Of a stretch of 60,370 nucleotides of DNA, positions 21,274 through 29,379 are shown piece by piece. Position 1 is the first letter of the stretch; the number at the start of each line of letters is the position of its first letter. The stretch is from Candidatus Udaeobacter sp. Lineage in GTDB: Bacteria > Verrucomicrobiota > Verrucomicrobiia > Chthoniobacterales > UBA10450. A model generated the notes under the pieces. It did no database searches. It was given only the letters and a program-made list of their open reading frames with translations, and was not told the DNA's origin. The stretch is from NCBI GenBank assembly GCA_036495465.1, contig DASXMV010000037.1:1-60370 (forward strand), read 5' to 3'. The position numbers were made by a program, and so were the translations under genes.

Positions 21274-21932
21274 GTCCGACGTCCGAACCAGAATATCGCG
21301 CATTGCTGCGCCGCGCATCGATCGCCACGGCTTTCTGCATCGCTGCGGTGTTGATCTGTTACTTCTGGATCGATCGACCCGTTGCGTTCTTCGTTTATCA
21401 CCATCACCTCAATACGATTCGGGTTTTTCGATGGCTCACTTACCCGCCGCCCGAAGTTCAGAATTGGTCGGCTCTGGCTCTGACGATCCTGATGATTCGC
21501 CGGACGCGGGGACCATTTCTGCAGTGGCAAAAGATACTGCTCGTCGCGTGTCTTAGCTTGATTGTCGCCGATGACTTTCGAGTCTCGTTAGGCGATGTTT
21601 TCGGACGCTATTGGCCGGATACCTGGATCCATGACAATCCATCGCTTATCGGCACCGGTACATACGGTTTTCATCCGTTTCAGCGTGGTGATGACATCGG
21701 TAGTTTTCCTTCCGGTCACGCCTGCAGAATCCTGTCATTCGCTGTGGTGTGGATAATCGGCATGCCGCACAGCCGAACCGTGCAAGTCCTAACCGTGGTT
21801 CTCTGCGTTCCAATGCTCGTGAGTCTTGTCCTTATGAATTATCATTTCGTCGGCGACGTTGTAGCCGGAAGTGTTTTAGGCGGGCTCGTCGGCACATATG
21901 CGGCGCATATGGGACGGCTGCAAGCAATGTGA
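21270..21932 (+). CDS. PAP2-superfamily membrane phosphatase
   Basis: Multi-TM protein. The acid-phosphatase motifs 'FPSGHACR' and 'NYHFVGDVVAG' (PSGH ... H-x3-D) are present. It has a GTG start overlapping the upstream stop. Confidence 0.75.
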   Translation: MSPTSEPEYRALLRRASIATAFCIAAVLICYFWIDRPVAFFVYHHHLNTIRVFRWLTYPPPEVQNWSALALTILMIRRTRGPFLQWQKILLVACLSLIVADDFRVSLGDVFGRYWPDTWIHDNPSLIGTGTYGFHPFQRGDDIGSFPSGHACRILSFAVVWIIGMPHSRTVQVLTVVLCVPMLVSLVLMNYHFVGDVVAGSVLGGLVGTYAAHMGRLQAM

Positions 21933-22921
21933 TGGCCGTGTTTCTTGTATGCAGGTTTGCGACCGTAGCTGTTACAGGTTGCCGATACGCCGTGGCGTTT
22001 ACAGCCGCAGCCCTTCTTTTGACAGGGACTGTCGAAGCCGATGCTCGCCGTGGATCCAAAGATTGGACTGTTCTTCAGAATTGTCGGCTCATCGCCAATC
22101 CAGCGAATGATGGTGATAGTTTTCATGTCAGGGTTGACGCGAGGGAATACATTTTTCGACTCTACATGGTCGATGCGCCTGAAACGGACGAAATGACTCC
22201 GGGGCGTCTCATTGAACAGGCGAAATACTTTTCGATCAGAGTGCCACAGGCCATCGAAGTAGGCGTGGCAGCCAAAGAGTTCACACGCGAGAAATTGTCT
22301 GAACCGTTTACGGTATTTACGCGAATGTCAGACGCGATGGGTCACAGTAGGCTCGAACGATTCTACGCATTTGTGGAGACTAAAGACGGTGATTTGGGCG
22401 AGCAGTTGGTTCGCAACGGGCTGGCGCGCAGCTACGGGTTTACGGCTGTGCCTCCGGGATTAAGAAATTCGCGATCAGAGTTAGAAAAACTTCGACAGTT
22501 CGAGAGAGAAGCAGAGCAGGAGAGAATCGGAGGATGGGGCGTTAATGCCGGTCGACTAAATGCGCACGCTCAAAAGCCGGCTGCCTTCAGTGTGTTCGCA
22601 GCAGAAACGATCGGCCGGCCTGGCGCATTGCGTATGACGAATGCGTTTCCCCGAACGTTTGCCACGCCAGCATTTCGACCTTCGACAGCGGCTGTCGGTC
22701 CGATCGCGGTTAAACAGTCACATGCCAAAAAGGAGATCGAATTTGGAAGAATTGACGTCAACACCGCAACGGAAAAAGAACTTAAGATGATTCCCGGCGT
22801 GGGACCGGTTATCGCTTCTCGAATCATTGCTGCCAGACCGTTTCGCAGCGCCGACGATTTGAGAAAGGTAAGCGGAATCGGCGACAAGAAATACGCTAAA
22901 ATTCGCCCATATTTTCAGTAG
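21932..22921 (+). CDS. secreted thermonuclease (SNase)-like domain fused to a C-terminal ComEA-type helix-hairpin-helix DNA-binding domain
   Basis: I prefer the ATG at 21932, which overlaps the PAP2 stop by 1 nt. The track ORF's first 61 codons overlap PAP2 in another frame. The N-terminal hydrophobic segment is followed by 'DGDSFHV...IFRLYMVDAPE' and 'NGLARSY' (SNase-like). The C-terminus 'IDVNTATEKELKMIPGVGPVIASRIIAARPFRSADDLRKVSGIGDKKYAKIRPYF' is a textbook ComEA HhH. Confidence 0.75.
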   Translation: MAVFLVCRFATVAVTGCRYAVAFTAAALLLTGTVEADARRGSKDWTVLQNCRLIANPANDGDSFHVRVDAREYIFRLYMVDAPETDEMTPGRLIEQAKYFSIRVPQAIEVGVAAKEFTREKLSEPFTVFTRMSDAMGHSRLERFYAFVETKDGDLGEQLVRNGLARSYGFTAVPPGLRNSRSELEKLRQFEREAEQERIGGWGVNAGRLNAHAQKPAAFSVFAAETIGRPGALRMTNAFPRTFATPAFRPSTAAVGPIAVKQSHAKKEIEFGRIDVNTATEKELKMIPGVGPVIASRIIAARPFRSADDLRKVSGIGDKKYAKIRPYFQ

Positions 22922-22974
22922 CACGACAACCGGCGCAACCTGCAACCAACGATCGCCGGTAAAAAACGAAGGCG

Positions 22975-23048
22975 CGCGCCCGAGAGGATTCGAACCACTA
23001 ACCTTCTGATCCGTAGTCAGATGCTCTATCCAGTTGAGCTACGGGCGC
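22975..23048 (-). tRNA. tRNA-Arg (anticodon ACG)
   Basis: The reverse complement folds as a cloverleaf: GCGCCCG-TA-GCTCAACTGGATAGAGC-A-TCTGA-CTACGGA-TCAGA-AGGTT-AGTGG-TTCGAAT-CCTCT-CGGGCGC-G. The 7-bp acceptor stem is perfect, the T-loop TTCGAAT is present, and the sequence is near-identical in layout to E. coli tRNA-Arg(ACG). There is one U-U mismatch in the T-stem. CCA is not encoded. Confidence 0.9.
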
Positions 23049-23286
23049 CCTTCAAAGAGTTTGTAATTTGCGAGTGAAGAGTATGGCGGTCAAATAATGG
23101 GAAAAAACAAAAATTTAGGGCCGCTTTTATGAGCAGCAACGAACTGCTCACGCAGGGTTATGGAGCCGCGCGAAATCATCCACCCCTACGACTCACGTCG
23201 ACCCAAGCGGAATCCTCCGTTCATAGGTCGATATACAATAACCTCACGTCTGTTCCCGCGCGAAACAGCGCACTCGGAGAATTACC

Positions 23287-24978
23287 ATGAATAAGCAAAA
23301 CCCGAATCGTCTTAACCTCGACCATACTATCACACGCAGAAAATTTATTGGCACGACTGCTATAGGCAGCGCTGCCTTGATGGCAGGCGGATTGACCACA
23401 CTTTTACGACCATCTTCGGCACTGGCTGACGAACCTTTTATTGAAGCCACAATTCCTGAGCTCCAAGCCATGATGGCATCGGGTCAATTGAGCAGCAAGG
23501 AGCTGGTAAAGGGCTATCTCAGACGGATCGGCTCGTTGAATGCCTTGCTCAACTCCGTCATCGAAACAAATCCCAACGCGGTATCAATCGCTCAACATCT
23601 CGACAATGAGCGCCGTAGGGGACACGTGCGCGGTCCGCTCCATGGGATTCCAGTTTTGGTGAAGGACAATATCGCGACCGACGACAACATGGACACGACG
23701 GCCGGGTCGCTTGCCCTCCTTCGTAGCGGTGTGCCGGGGGATGCGATAATTATTCAACAGCTCCGTGAAGCTGGGGCAGTTATTCTTGGTAAGGCAAACT
23801 TGGGCGAATGGGCGAACTTTCGGGGAAACGACAACGTATATCCACTTGCTGTCGGCTGGAGTGCCCGCGGCGGCGACACTAAAAACGCTTACGACCTAAG
23901 CTACACATCATGGGGATCAAGCGCTGGGTCTGCCAATGGGGCGGCCGCGAATTTGTGCTCTGTTGCAGTGGGCACGGAAACAGACGGCTCAATTACCGGG
24001 CCATCGGCAGTTGAAAACGTGGTCGGCCTGAAACCGACTCTCGGACTCGTCTCGCAAGACGGAATTATTCCAATTGCGCATGAACAAGACACAGCTGGAC
24101 CCATGGGGCGAAGCGTTACCGACATTGCGATTCTGCTCGGGGTGTTGCAATCGCCATTTGGCGAAGTGATTGGGCATCAATTACCAAGTGATTACGCGCA
24201 GTTTCTACAGCGCGGCTCGCTTCAGGGGGCGCGGATTGGTCGCGATGTTCGCTTTTTCGACTATAGCTACTACGGAAGCGGCATTCCTGGCGACGAGGAG
24301 ACGGTTGCGTTTGCCGAGAACGCGTTGGACGTAATGGAAAGCCTCGGTGCTACGATCGTGGACACCGATACTGGTGATGTGTTCGCGTACACCGACGATG
24401 AGTTTACTGCGTTGTTGTTCGAGTTCAGGGCGCAAATCGCGGATTATCTTTCAACGCTTACGCATACGAATATGCGAACGCTTGCTGATCTCATTGCTTT
24501 CAACAACGCGCATTGTCGGCAGGAGCTCGTGTACTATGGTCAGGAGGTCTTCGAACAATCGGAACAAGCCGTCGGTTATCCGACCGATCCAACTTACATA
24601 GCGGCCCGAACACATGCCCGAAACACCGCGCGATCCGGAATTGATAACGCGCTCGCCGCGGACAACCTCGACGCGATTGTCGCACCACACTTGACGAATT
24701 CGACTGGACCTGCCGTAGCAGGGTATCCAAATTTGTCACTTCCGGTGGGTATTCGCGACAGCGGCAGGCCGGCTGGCATGTTAATGTACAGCACCTTTCT
24801 GCATGAGCCACAATTGATCGGTTTCGGCTACGATTTGGAGCAGGAACTGAATGTTCGGCGCCCGCCGCAGTTCCTTGGATCAGTGATCCCGATCCCGAAC
24901 GCAAATCTTTGCGATCAGGCAAAGCAGCCTCAGATATTCAGGGGCAGAGCACACGCTCAGCACGGCCGCATTTTCTAG
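23287..24978 (+). CDS. Tat-exported amidase-signature (AS) family amidase
   Basis: 563 aa. A twin-arginine leader 'TRRKFIGTTAIGSAALMAGG' is present. The amidase signature region is 'GIPVLVKDNI' ... 'GSSAGSANGAAANL...GTETDGSI'. Confidence 0.85.
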   Translation: MNKQNPNRLNLDHTITRRKFIGTTAIGSAALMAGGLTTLLRPSSALADEPFIEATIPELQAMMASGQLSSKELVKGYLRRIGSLNALLNSVIETNPNAVSIAQHLDNERRRGHVRGPLHGIPVLVKDNIATDDNMDTTAGSLALLRSGVPGDAIIIQQLREAGAVILGKANLGEWANFRGNDNVYPLAVGWSARGGDTKNAYDLSYTSWGSSAGSANGAAANLCSVAVGTETDGSITGPSAVENVVGLKPTLGLVSQDGIIPIAHEQDTAGPMGRSVTDIAILLGVLQSPFGEVIGHQLPSDYAQFLQRGSLQGARIGRDVRFFDYSYYGSGIPGDEETVAFAENALDVMESLGATIVDTDTGDVFAYTDDEFTALLFEFRAQIADYLSTLTHTNMRTLADLIAFNNAHCRQELVYYGQEVFEQSEQAVGYPTDPTYIAARTHARNTARSGIDNALAADNLDAIVAPHLTNSTGPAVAGYPNLSLPVGIRDSGRPAGMLMYSTFLHEPQLIGFGYDLEQELNVRRPPQFLGSVIPIPNANLCDQAKQPQIFRGRAHAQHGRIF

Positions 24979-25001
24979 AATTGTCAGTCTTCATGCTTGA
25001 G

Positions 25002-25044
25002 CACGCGAGCAGAATGAGGATTCTGCTCGCGTGACGATTTTTTT
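25002..25044 (+). terminator. rho-independent terminator of the amidase gene
   Basis: Perfect 14-bp stem CACGCGAGCAGAAT / ATTCTGCTCGCGTG (25002-25015 / 25020-25033), loop GAGG, followed by ACGATTTTTTT (T7 at 25038-25044). Confidence 0.85.
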
Positions 25045-26173
25045 GGGATGCGGATTCGCCGCAAAATATCGCGAAGGCGGCGGCAATTTTTCCGTGCCGC
25101 TGCAATGGATGTTGGGCCTGCGGCGGTTAAAACTCGACGCAATTTGGTTGGAGCTGTTACCGGCGACGGATGACCCGCAGGCGGATCGCGCCAAGATCGC
25201 CAAATTCCAACGACAATTACGCGAACACGGCTTGGCCGGCCGGTATTGCCTACTCTATCAGAAACGGGCATCAGAGGAGCACGATCTTCGCGAGATATCC
25301 TGCATCGGGATGTCGAAACGAGAGTTGATTGATCGACTGGCTGGCCCGAACGCGCTGCTCAATCTCAGTTACTCAATTCACCCGCCATTCCTCGAGCAAT
25401 TTGAGCGGCGCATCTTTTGCGATTTGGATCCAAGCGAAATTTTTTATTGGATGACTAAAATGGAATTGGGCCAGTCGTCCCATGACGAATTTTGGACGAT
25501 TGGACTCAACGTTCACGAGAGCGATTGCCAGCTGCCGAAATCATCTTTGCGTTGGAGAACATTTTATCCCCTTGCTGACACGCAACTCCTCCAACCGCAA
25601 TCGCGACCCAAGGTCCCTAAATTCACCACTATTGGACAATGGTACTGGAGCGGAGCCGTGGAAGTGGCGGGAGAATTCCCCGATTTATCGAAGAGAGTCA
25701 TGTTCGAGCCCTATCTCGGGCTACCAGCAAGCGTGCCGGAGGCGTGGTTCGAATTAGCGATGAACATCAGCCCGGACGACCCGGAACGCTTTCGGTTGCA
25801 GCAGCTAGGCTGGCGTGTGGTCGATCCGCACCGGGTTGCGCGCACTCCTGCTATTTATCGCCGTTACATAACGAGGGCTCTGGCAGAGTTTACGGCCATC
25901 AAAGGCGTAGATGTAGCCTGGCAAACTGGTTGGTTGAGCGATCGGGCCGCGGCGTTTCTTGCGCTGGGGCGACCGGTGATCACCGAAGATACTGGTGCGG
26001 CCACATATCTTCCGCGCGATAGCGGATTTCGTTTCATTCGGAATAGCGACGAGGCGAAAGTCGCGATTAAAGACGTGCTGCGTGATTGGCCGCGACTATC
26101 GAAACAGGCGCGGGCGTGCGCTTTGGAAGTGTTCGATTCCGCGAAGAATCTCAAGACCATTCTTGGCATCTAG
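25031..26173 (+). CDS. GT-B-fold (GT1/CgeB-like) hypothetical glycosyltransferase-like protein, paralog of 32619-33791
   Basis: 380 aa. It is clearly paralogous to the 390-aa ORF at 32619-33791, e.g. 'YRRYITRALAEFTAIKGVDVAWQTGWLSDRAAAFLALGRPVITEDTG' versus 'YRNYIQRSKGEFTVAKDQYVRLNTGWFSDRSACYLAAGRPVITQETG'. The C-terminal half looks like the sugar-donor half of GT-B enzymes. The start codon (GTG 25031 or TTG 25043) lies inside the upstream terminator. Confidence 0.6.
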   Translation: MTIFLGCGFAAKYREGGGNFSVPLQWMLGLRRLKLDAIWLELLPATDDPQADRAKIAKFQRQLREHGLAGRYCLLYQKRASEEHDLREISCIGMSKRELIDRLAGPNALLNLSYSIHPPFLEQFERRIFCDLDPSEIFYWMTKMELGQSSHDEFWTIGLNVHESDCQLPKSSLRWRTFYPLADTQLLQPQSRPKVPKFTTIGQWYWSGAVEVAGEFPDLSKRVMFEPYLGLPASVPEAWFELAMNISPDDPERFRLQQLGWRVVDPHRVARTPAIYRRYITRALAEFTAIKGVDVAWQTGWLSDRAAAFLALGRPVITEDTGAATYLPRDSGFRFIRNSDEAKVAIKDVLRDWPRLSKQARACALEVFDSAKNLKTILGI

Positions 26174-26343
26174 CCGGTCGTTCTCGCCAGAATAAAGTGC
26201 AATAGCGAATCCCGTTGACTTGCCTTCAGGCACTGCTCAGGGACGCTGACTCCGTTGCGATTCGCTCGGGACGACAGCCATAAAACAAAGCCGCTAGTTT
26301 TGGCGTTGCAAAACGATTTCCGGGTGTTACTCGTTGTCCCGTT

Positions 26344-26628
26344 ATGGCAGACCTAATCAAACAAGGCGAGCTCAAGGAGCGAATGAAAAAAATCCCGGAA
26401 TGGGAACTGGAGAAAAAGCACATCGAACGCACGTTTGAGTTCGATGATTTTGCGGATGCGATTGATTTTGTAAACGCGGTAGCCGAAGTGGCTGAGGAAG
26501 AGGAGCACCATCCGGACATCGATATTCGTTACAATAAAGTACGTCTGGTCGCCTCCACTCACAGTAAAGGCGGATTGACCGAGCTTGATTTTGGCCTTGC
26601 CGAACGAATTGATACCTTGGCCGAATAA
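26344..26628 (+). CDS. phhB: pterin-4-alpha-carbinolamine dehydratase (PCD/DCoH)
   Basis: 94 aa with 'W...I.R.F.F.DF..A..F...VA..AE...HHPDI...YN.V...L.TH..GGLT..D' spacing typical of PCD. Confidence 0.85.
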   Translation: MADLIKQGELKERMKKIPEWELEKKHIERTFEFDDFADAIDFVNAVAEVAEEEEHHPDIDIRYNKVRLVASTHSKGGLTELDFGLAERIDTLAE

Positions 26629-26680
26629 GCGAGGTTAACGGTGGAGGGGCACGTCAGTGTCTATCGGCGCGACGCCGACT

Positions 26681-27144
26681 CTACGGGTTATTGGGCAGCC
26701 GTCCTTCGTCGGCATCGATGAATTGGAATGACGTCTGAATGTCTGACCTGTCGCTGATTCCTGCTTCCCTTTTGCGACGCTCCAATATTTCGGAAATTTC
26801 GTCGTTCCACCCACGCTTGCGCATGAATTCGTTCCAAACGTAAGCATCGTTTTCATTCGGTCTGCGCCCATTCTCAAAACACCACTGCAGAACTTCTTCG
26901 TCGGTTCCACCCTGTTTCCCGCGCTGGACCAGTTGGTCGTAATTGATTCGGAGAAAGTTCGCACACAGTTCGTCGAAACCTTTTCCAAGGTTCCCATGAT
27001 AATCGTCGGGCAAGCGTCCCGGGCATGCAGCCGGATTTTGCCTACCATCCGGCCAAAATAGAAAAGGCCTCCTACTTTTTCGGATGGACTGCGAAGGGCA
27101 ACAGTTGCCATGAAAAAATTTGGACTTTTTGTCGTGAGGTTCAA
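26681..27144 (-). pseudogene. DUF5069-like gene interrupted by a 1-nt frameshift (or an assembly/sequencing error)
   Basis: Two almost co-extensive 169-aa minus-strand ORFs sit in different frames. Only the N-terminal part of the 27144 frame looks protein-like (MNLTTKSPNFFMATVALRSPSEKVGGLFYFGRMVGKIRLHA). Only the C-terminal part of the other frame looks protein-like (GRLPDDYHGNLGKGFDELCANFLRINYDQLVQRGKQGGTDEEVLQWCFENG...WNEFMRKRGWNDEISE). The joined span is 464 nt, which is not a multiple of 3. The switch is near the CCCGGG run at 27018-27023. Confidence 0.5.
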
Positions 27145-27308
27145 GCGTGGACGACAAACGGATGGAGGAAAGCGAAACTCTCGGAACCAATTTTATAGCT
27201 CGCTGGAAAGGACCGGAGATGTTTCGTTTTCTTCAATGGCGCTGCCTTGAAGTTCAGATGAGCGATGAGTTCTAGCCAAATCGCGATTCGAGGCGTTAAT
27301 TATTCGGA

Positions 27309-28745
27309 ATGGATCGGATCGTTGGGGTCGAGACTGAGTACGGCTGCCTTTTGGGTGAAGAAGAGCCCCATGGTAACTCCGAGCTCTGGCCGGCGAAGGT
27401 CAAAAATTATCTTTTCCGCAGCGCTGAGGCTGGCACGATTGACCTGCATTATCGCGACTACGAAGAGCCACCAGGTAACGGAGGTTTTCTTCTTAACGGG
27501 GGTCGTCTCTATCTGGATATGGGCCACATCGAATACGCCTCGCCGGAATGTCTGCACCTGCATGATCTGGTGGCATACGAGTTGGCTGGAGATGACCTGC
27601 TGCAATCTGCGCTGATTGCCCTGGGCGCGCAGGATCGCGTCTCATTTATCAAAAACAATGTCGATCATCACACTGGCGCGACGTTTGGCTGTCATGAGAA
27701 TTATCTGATGAAACGCGAAGCGCAATTCACACCTCCAATTCTTGGAACGCTGCTGACGTTTCTCGCGACCCGTCAAATTTTTACCGGCGCCGGGCGCGTC
27801 GGTCAGTCCAATCCGCTGGCGTTTGATTTCGAACCGCCGCAACCGGAGACACAAGTCAATTTCCAGCTTAGTCAGCGCGCCGATCATATCGTGAACGACA
27901 TCTATCAATGGGTGCAGTTCAATCGGGCCATTATTAATGCACGCGACGAGCCACTGGCCGATTATCGAAAATACCGACGGCTCCATTTATTGATCGGTGA
28001 TTCCAACATGAGTCCCTATGCAACGGCCTTAAAAATTGGAACAACTGCCTGCGTTTTATCGTTGCTTGAGGATGGCCGTTTACCGCGAAATCTGGTCCTG
28101 GCTGATGCCGTGCAAAGTACACGCGACATTTCTCGCGACCCAACTCAACAATGGATTGTTCATCTTGAAAATGGCAAGACTATCGGGGCGCTCGATGTGC
28201 AATGGGAATTCTACCGGCTGGCACAAAAACACCTGCGCAACAGCAGCGCAGAGACCAACTGGCTACTGGAAAACTGGGCGTTCGTTCTCGAAGTAATTCG
28301 GAATAATCAGCAGGCGCTCATCGGAGGCGTGGACTGGATCACAAAGAAATGGTTACTGGAGGCGTTTGTTCAATCCGAAGGGCTAAGTTGGGGCGATCCG
28401 TGGCTACAAAGCATCGACCTCGAATATCACAATATCAATCCAGGTCGCGGATTGTTCTTTGCTGTTACACCTGGCAAGCGGATTGCAGAATGGAACAATA
28501 ATGTCCGGCGTTCGAGCGCAGCGCATATTCCTCCTGCAAATACGCGCGCATCGGGTCGCGCTCGGGCGGTATCATTCTTTCGAAATTGCGATTCTCCTTA
28601 TGTTATCAACTGGGATTCCATCGCGTGTGATAACCGGGACTTTCTCGTGATGGGCGATCCGTTCCAAACTTATAACGACGAAGTGGAACGTTTTTTAGCC
28701 AAGCCGCGAGTGGTAGACGTCGCGATCGAGGAGGTCAATAGCTGA
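27309..28745 (+). CDS. Pup-ligase/Pup-deamidase (PafA/Dop) family carboxylate-amine ligase homolog
   Basis: 478 aa. The N-terminal 'RIVGVETEYG' is followed by 'NGGRLYLDMGHIEYASPEC' and 'GCHENYL', the hallmark blocks of the PafA/Dop (GS/GCL-like) family. Length is comparable to PafA/Dop. I cannot tell ligase from deamidase by eye. Confidence 0.75.
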   Translation: MDRIVGVETEYGCLLGEEEPHGNSELWPAKVKNYLFRSAEAGTIDLHYRDYEEPPGNGGFLLNGGRLYLDMGHIEYASPECLHLHDLVAYELAGDDLLQSALIALGAQDRVSFIKNNVDHHTGATFGCHENYLMKREAQFTPPILGTLLTFLATRQIFTGAGRVGQSNPLAFDFEPPQPETQVNFQLSQRADHIVNDIYQWVQFNRAIINARDEPLADYRKYRRLHLLIGDSNMSPYATALKIGTTACVLSLLEDGRLPRNLVLADAVQSTRDISRDPTQQWIVHLENGKTIGALDVQWEFYRLAQKHLRNSSAETNWLLENWAFVLEVIRNNQQALIGGVDWITKKWLLEAFVQSEGLSWGDPWLQSIDLEYHNINPGRGLFFAVTPGKRIAEWNNNVRRSSAAHIPPANTRASGRARAVSFFRNCDSPYVINWDSIACDNRDFLVMGDPFQTYNDEVERFLAKPRVVDVAIEEVNS

Positions 28746-28751
28746 GCGTGG

Positions 28752-29333
28752 CTAAATCAAAAACGGAATTATGCGTTTCACTCGCCGCTGGTAATCCGGG
28801 TAGTCGTTCGGAAACTGTTTCAACATCAAGCGTTCCTCTTGACTCAGTTTGATCCAGAAGCTTACGAAAACCAACGCTACGCCAATAAACGCTGCAAGAT
28901 GACCGAAAACGATAGCCGTTCCAAGAAACATGGATTGTAAACCCGTGTAGATTGGATGCCGAACAAAGCGATAGGGACCCCGTTGAACCATCTCATGACC
29001 CTCTTTTAGTGTAACTACTCCGCTCCAGTTCCGCCCGAGTATGAGTCTCGCCCAGATCGCGAGCGCAAGCCCACAGCCGCAGATGACGGCTCCGATGCAC
29101 GTGCTGGACGCCGTTTGGGGGACGAGGATCAGGCTGAACGGATAGGGAAATCTTCTTCCCAGAGTAAGTAAGACATACGCGATAACGAGCAAAGCCCAGT
29201 ACCGCGCTCGTTCACCGGCGCTTTCGCGATAGACTGTGCGTTTTGTCCATATTGAAGCTACCAGCCAAACAGCAGCAAACACTAGCCAGCAAGCGCCAAT
29301 GAAATGCATTGCTGAGGAAGAGACCGATATCAA
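28752..29333 (-). CDS. isoprenylcysteine carboxyl methyltransferase (ICMT)/PEMT-superfamily membrane methyltransferase
   Basis: 193 aa and multi-TM, with 'LVQ/VQRGPYRFVRHPIYTG' and a C-terminal 'EERLMLKQF...Y..Y...V' motif typical of the ICMT/PEMT family. It converges on the Pup-ligase-like gene with a 6-nt gap. Confidence 0.75.
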   Translation of the reverse strand: MISVSSSAMHFIGACWLVFAAVWLVASIWTKRTVYRESAGERARYWALLVIAYVLLTLGRRFPYPFSLILVPQTASSTCIGAVICGCGLALAIWARLILGRNWSGVVTLKEGHEMVQRGPYRFVRHPIYTGLQSMFLGTAIVFGHLAAFIGVALVFVSFWIKLSQEERLMLKQFPNDYPDYQRRVKRIIPFLI

Positions 29334-29379
29334 CGATGTACAGGTCGATGTCCCCTAACGTGCCGCGACCGTAACTCGC

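Noticed and set aside
21749-21931. N-terminal 61-codon extension of the SNase-ComEA ORF
   Set aside because: It overlaps the PAP2 gene in another frame and is Arg/Ser/Cys-rich. The ATG at 21932 overlaps the PAP2 stop (TGATG), which is the typical coupled arrangement.
22922-22974. Integration site or genomic island at the tRNA-Arg 3' end
   Set aside because: No integrase, recombinase or obvious direct repeat of the tRNA 3' end was seen in the window. The hairpin CCGGCG...CGCCGG plus the A/T run is more simply the tRNA/ComEA-gene terminator region.
26635-27190. Treating the two 169-aa minus-strand ORFs as two independent overlapping genes
   Set aside because: Each frame is protein-like over only half its length, and the halves are complementary. 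A single frameshifted gene explains both. See the pseudogene feature.
27145-27308. Search for a Pup/UBact-like small modifier ORF next to the Pup-ligase homolog
   Set aside because: Only 11-codon (MEESETLGTNFI) and 17-codon (MFRFLQWRCLEVQMSDEF) ORFs are present, and neither has a C-terminal GGQ/GGE/Q. The downstream gap to the ICMT-like gene is 6 nt.
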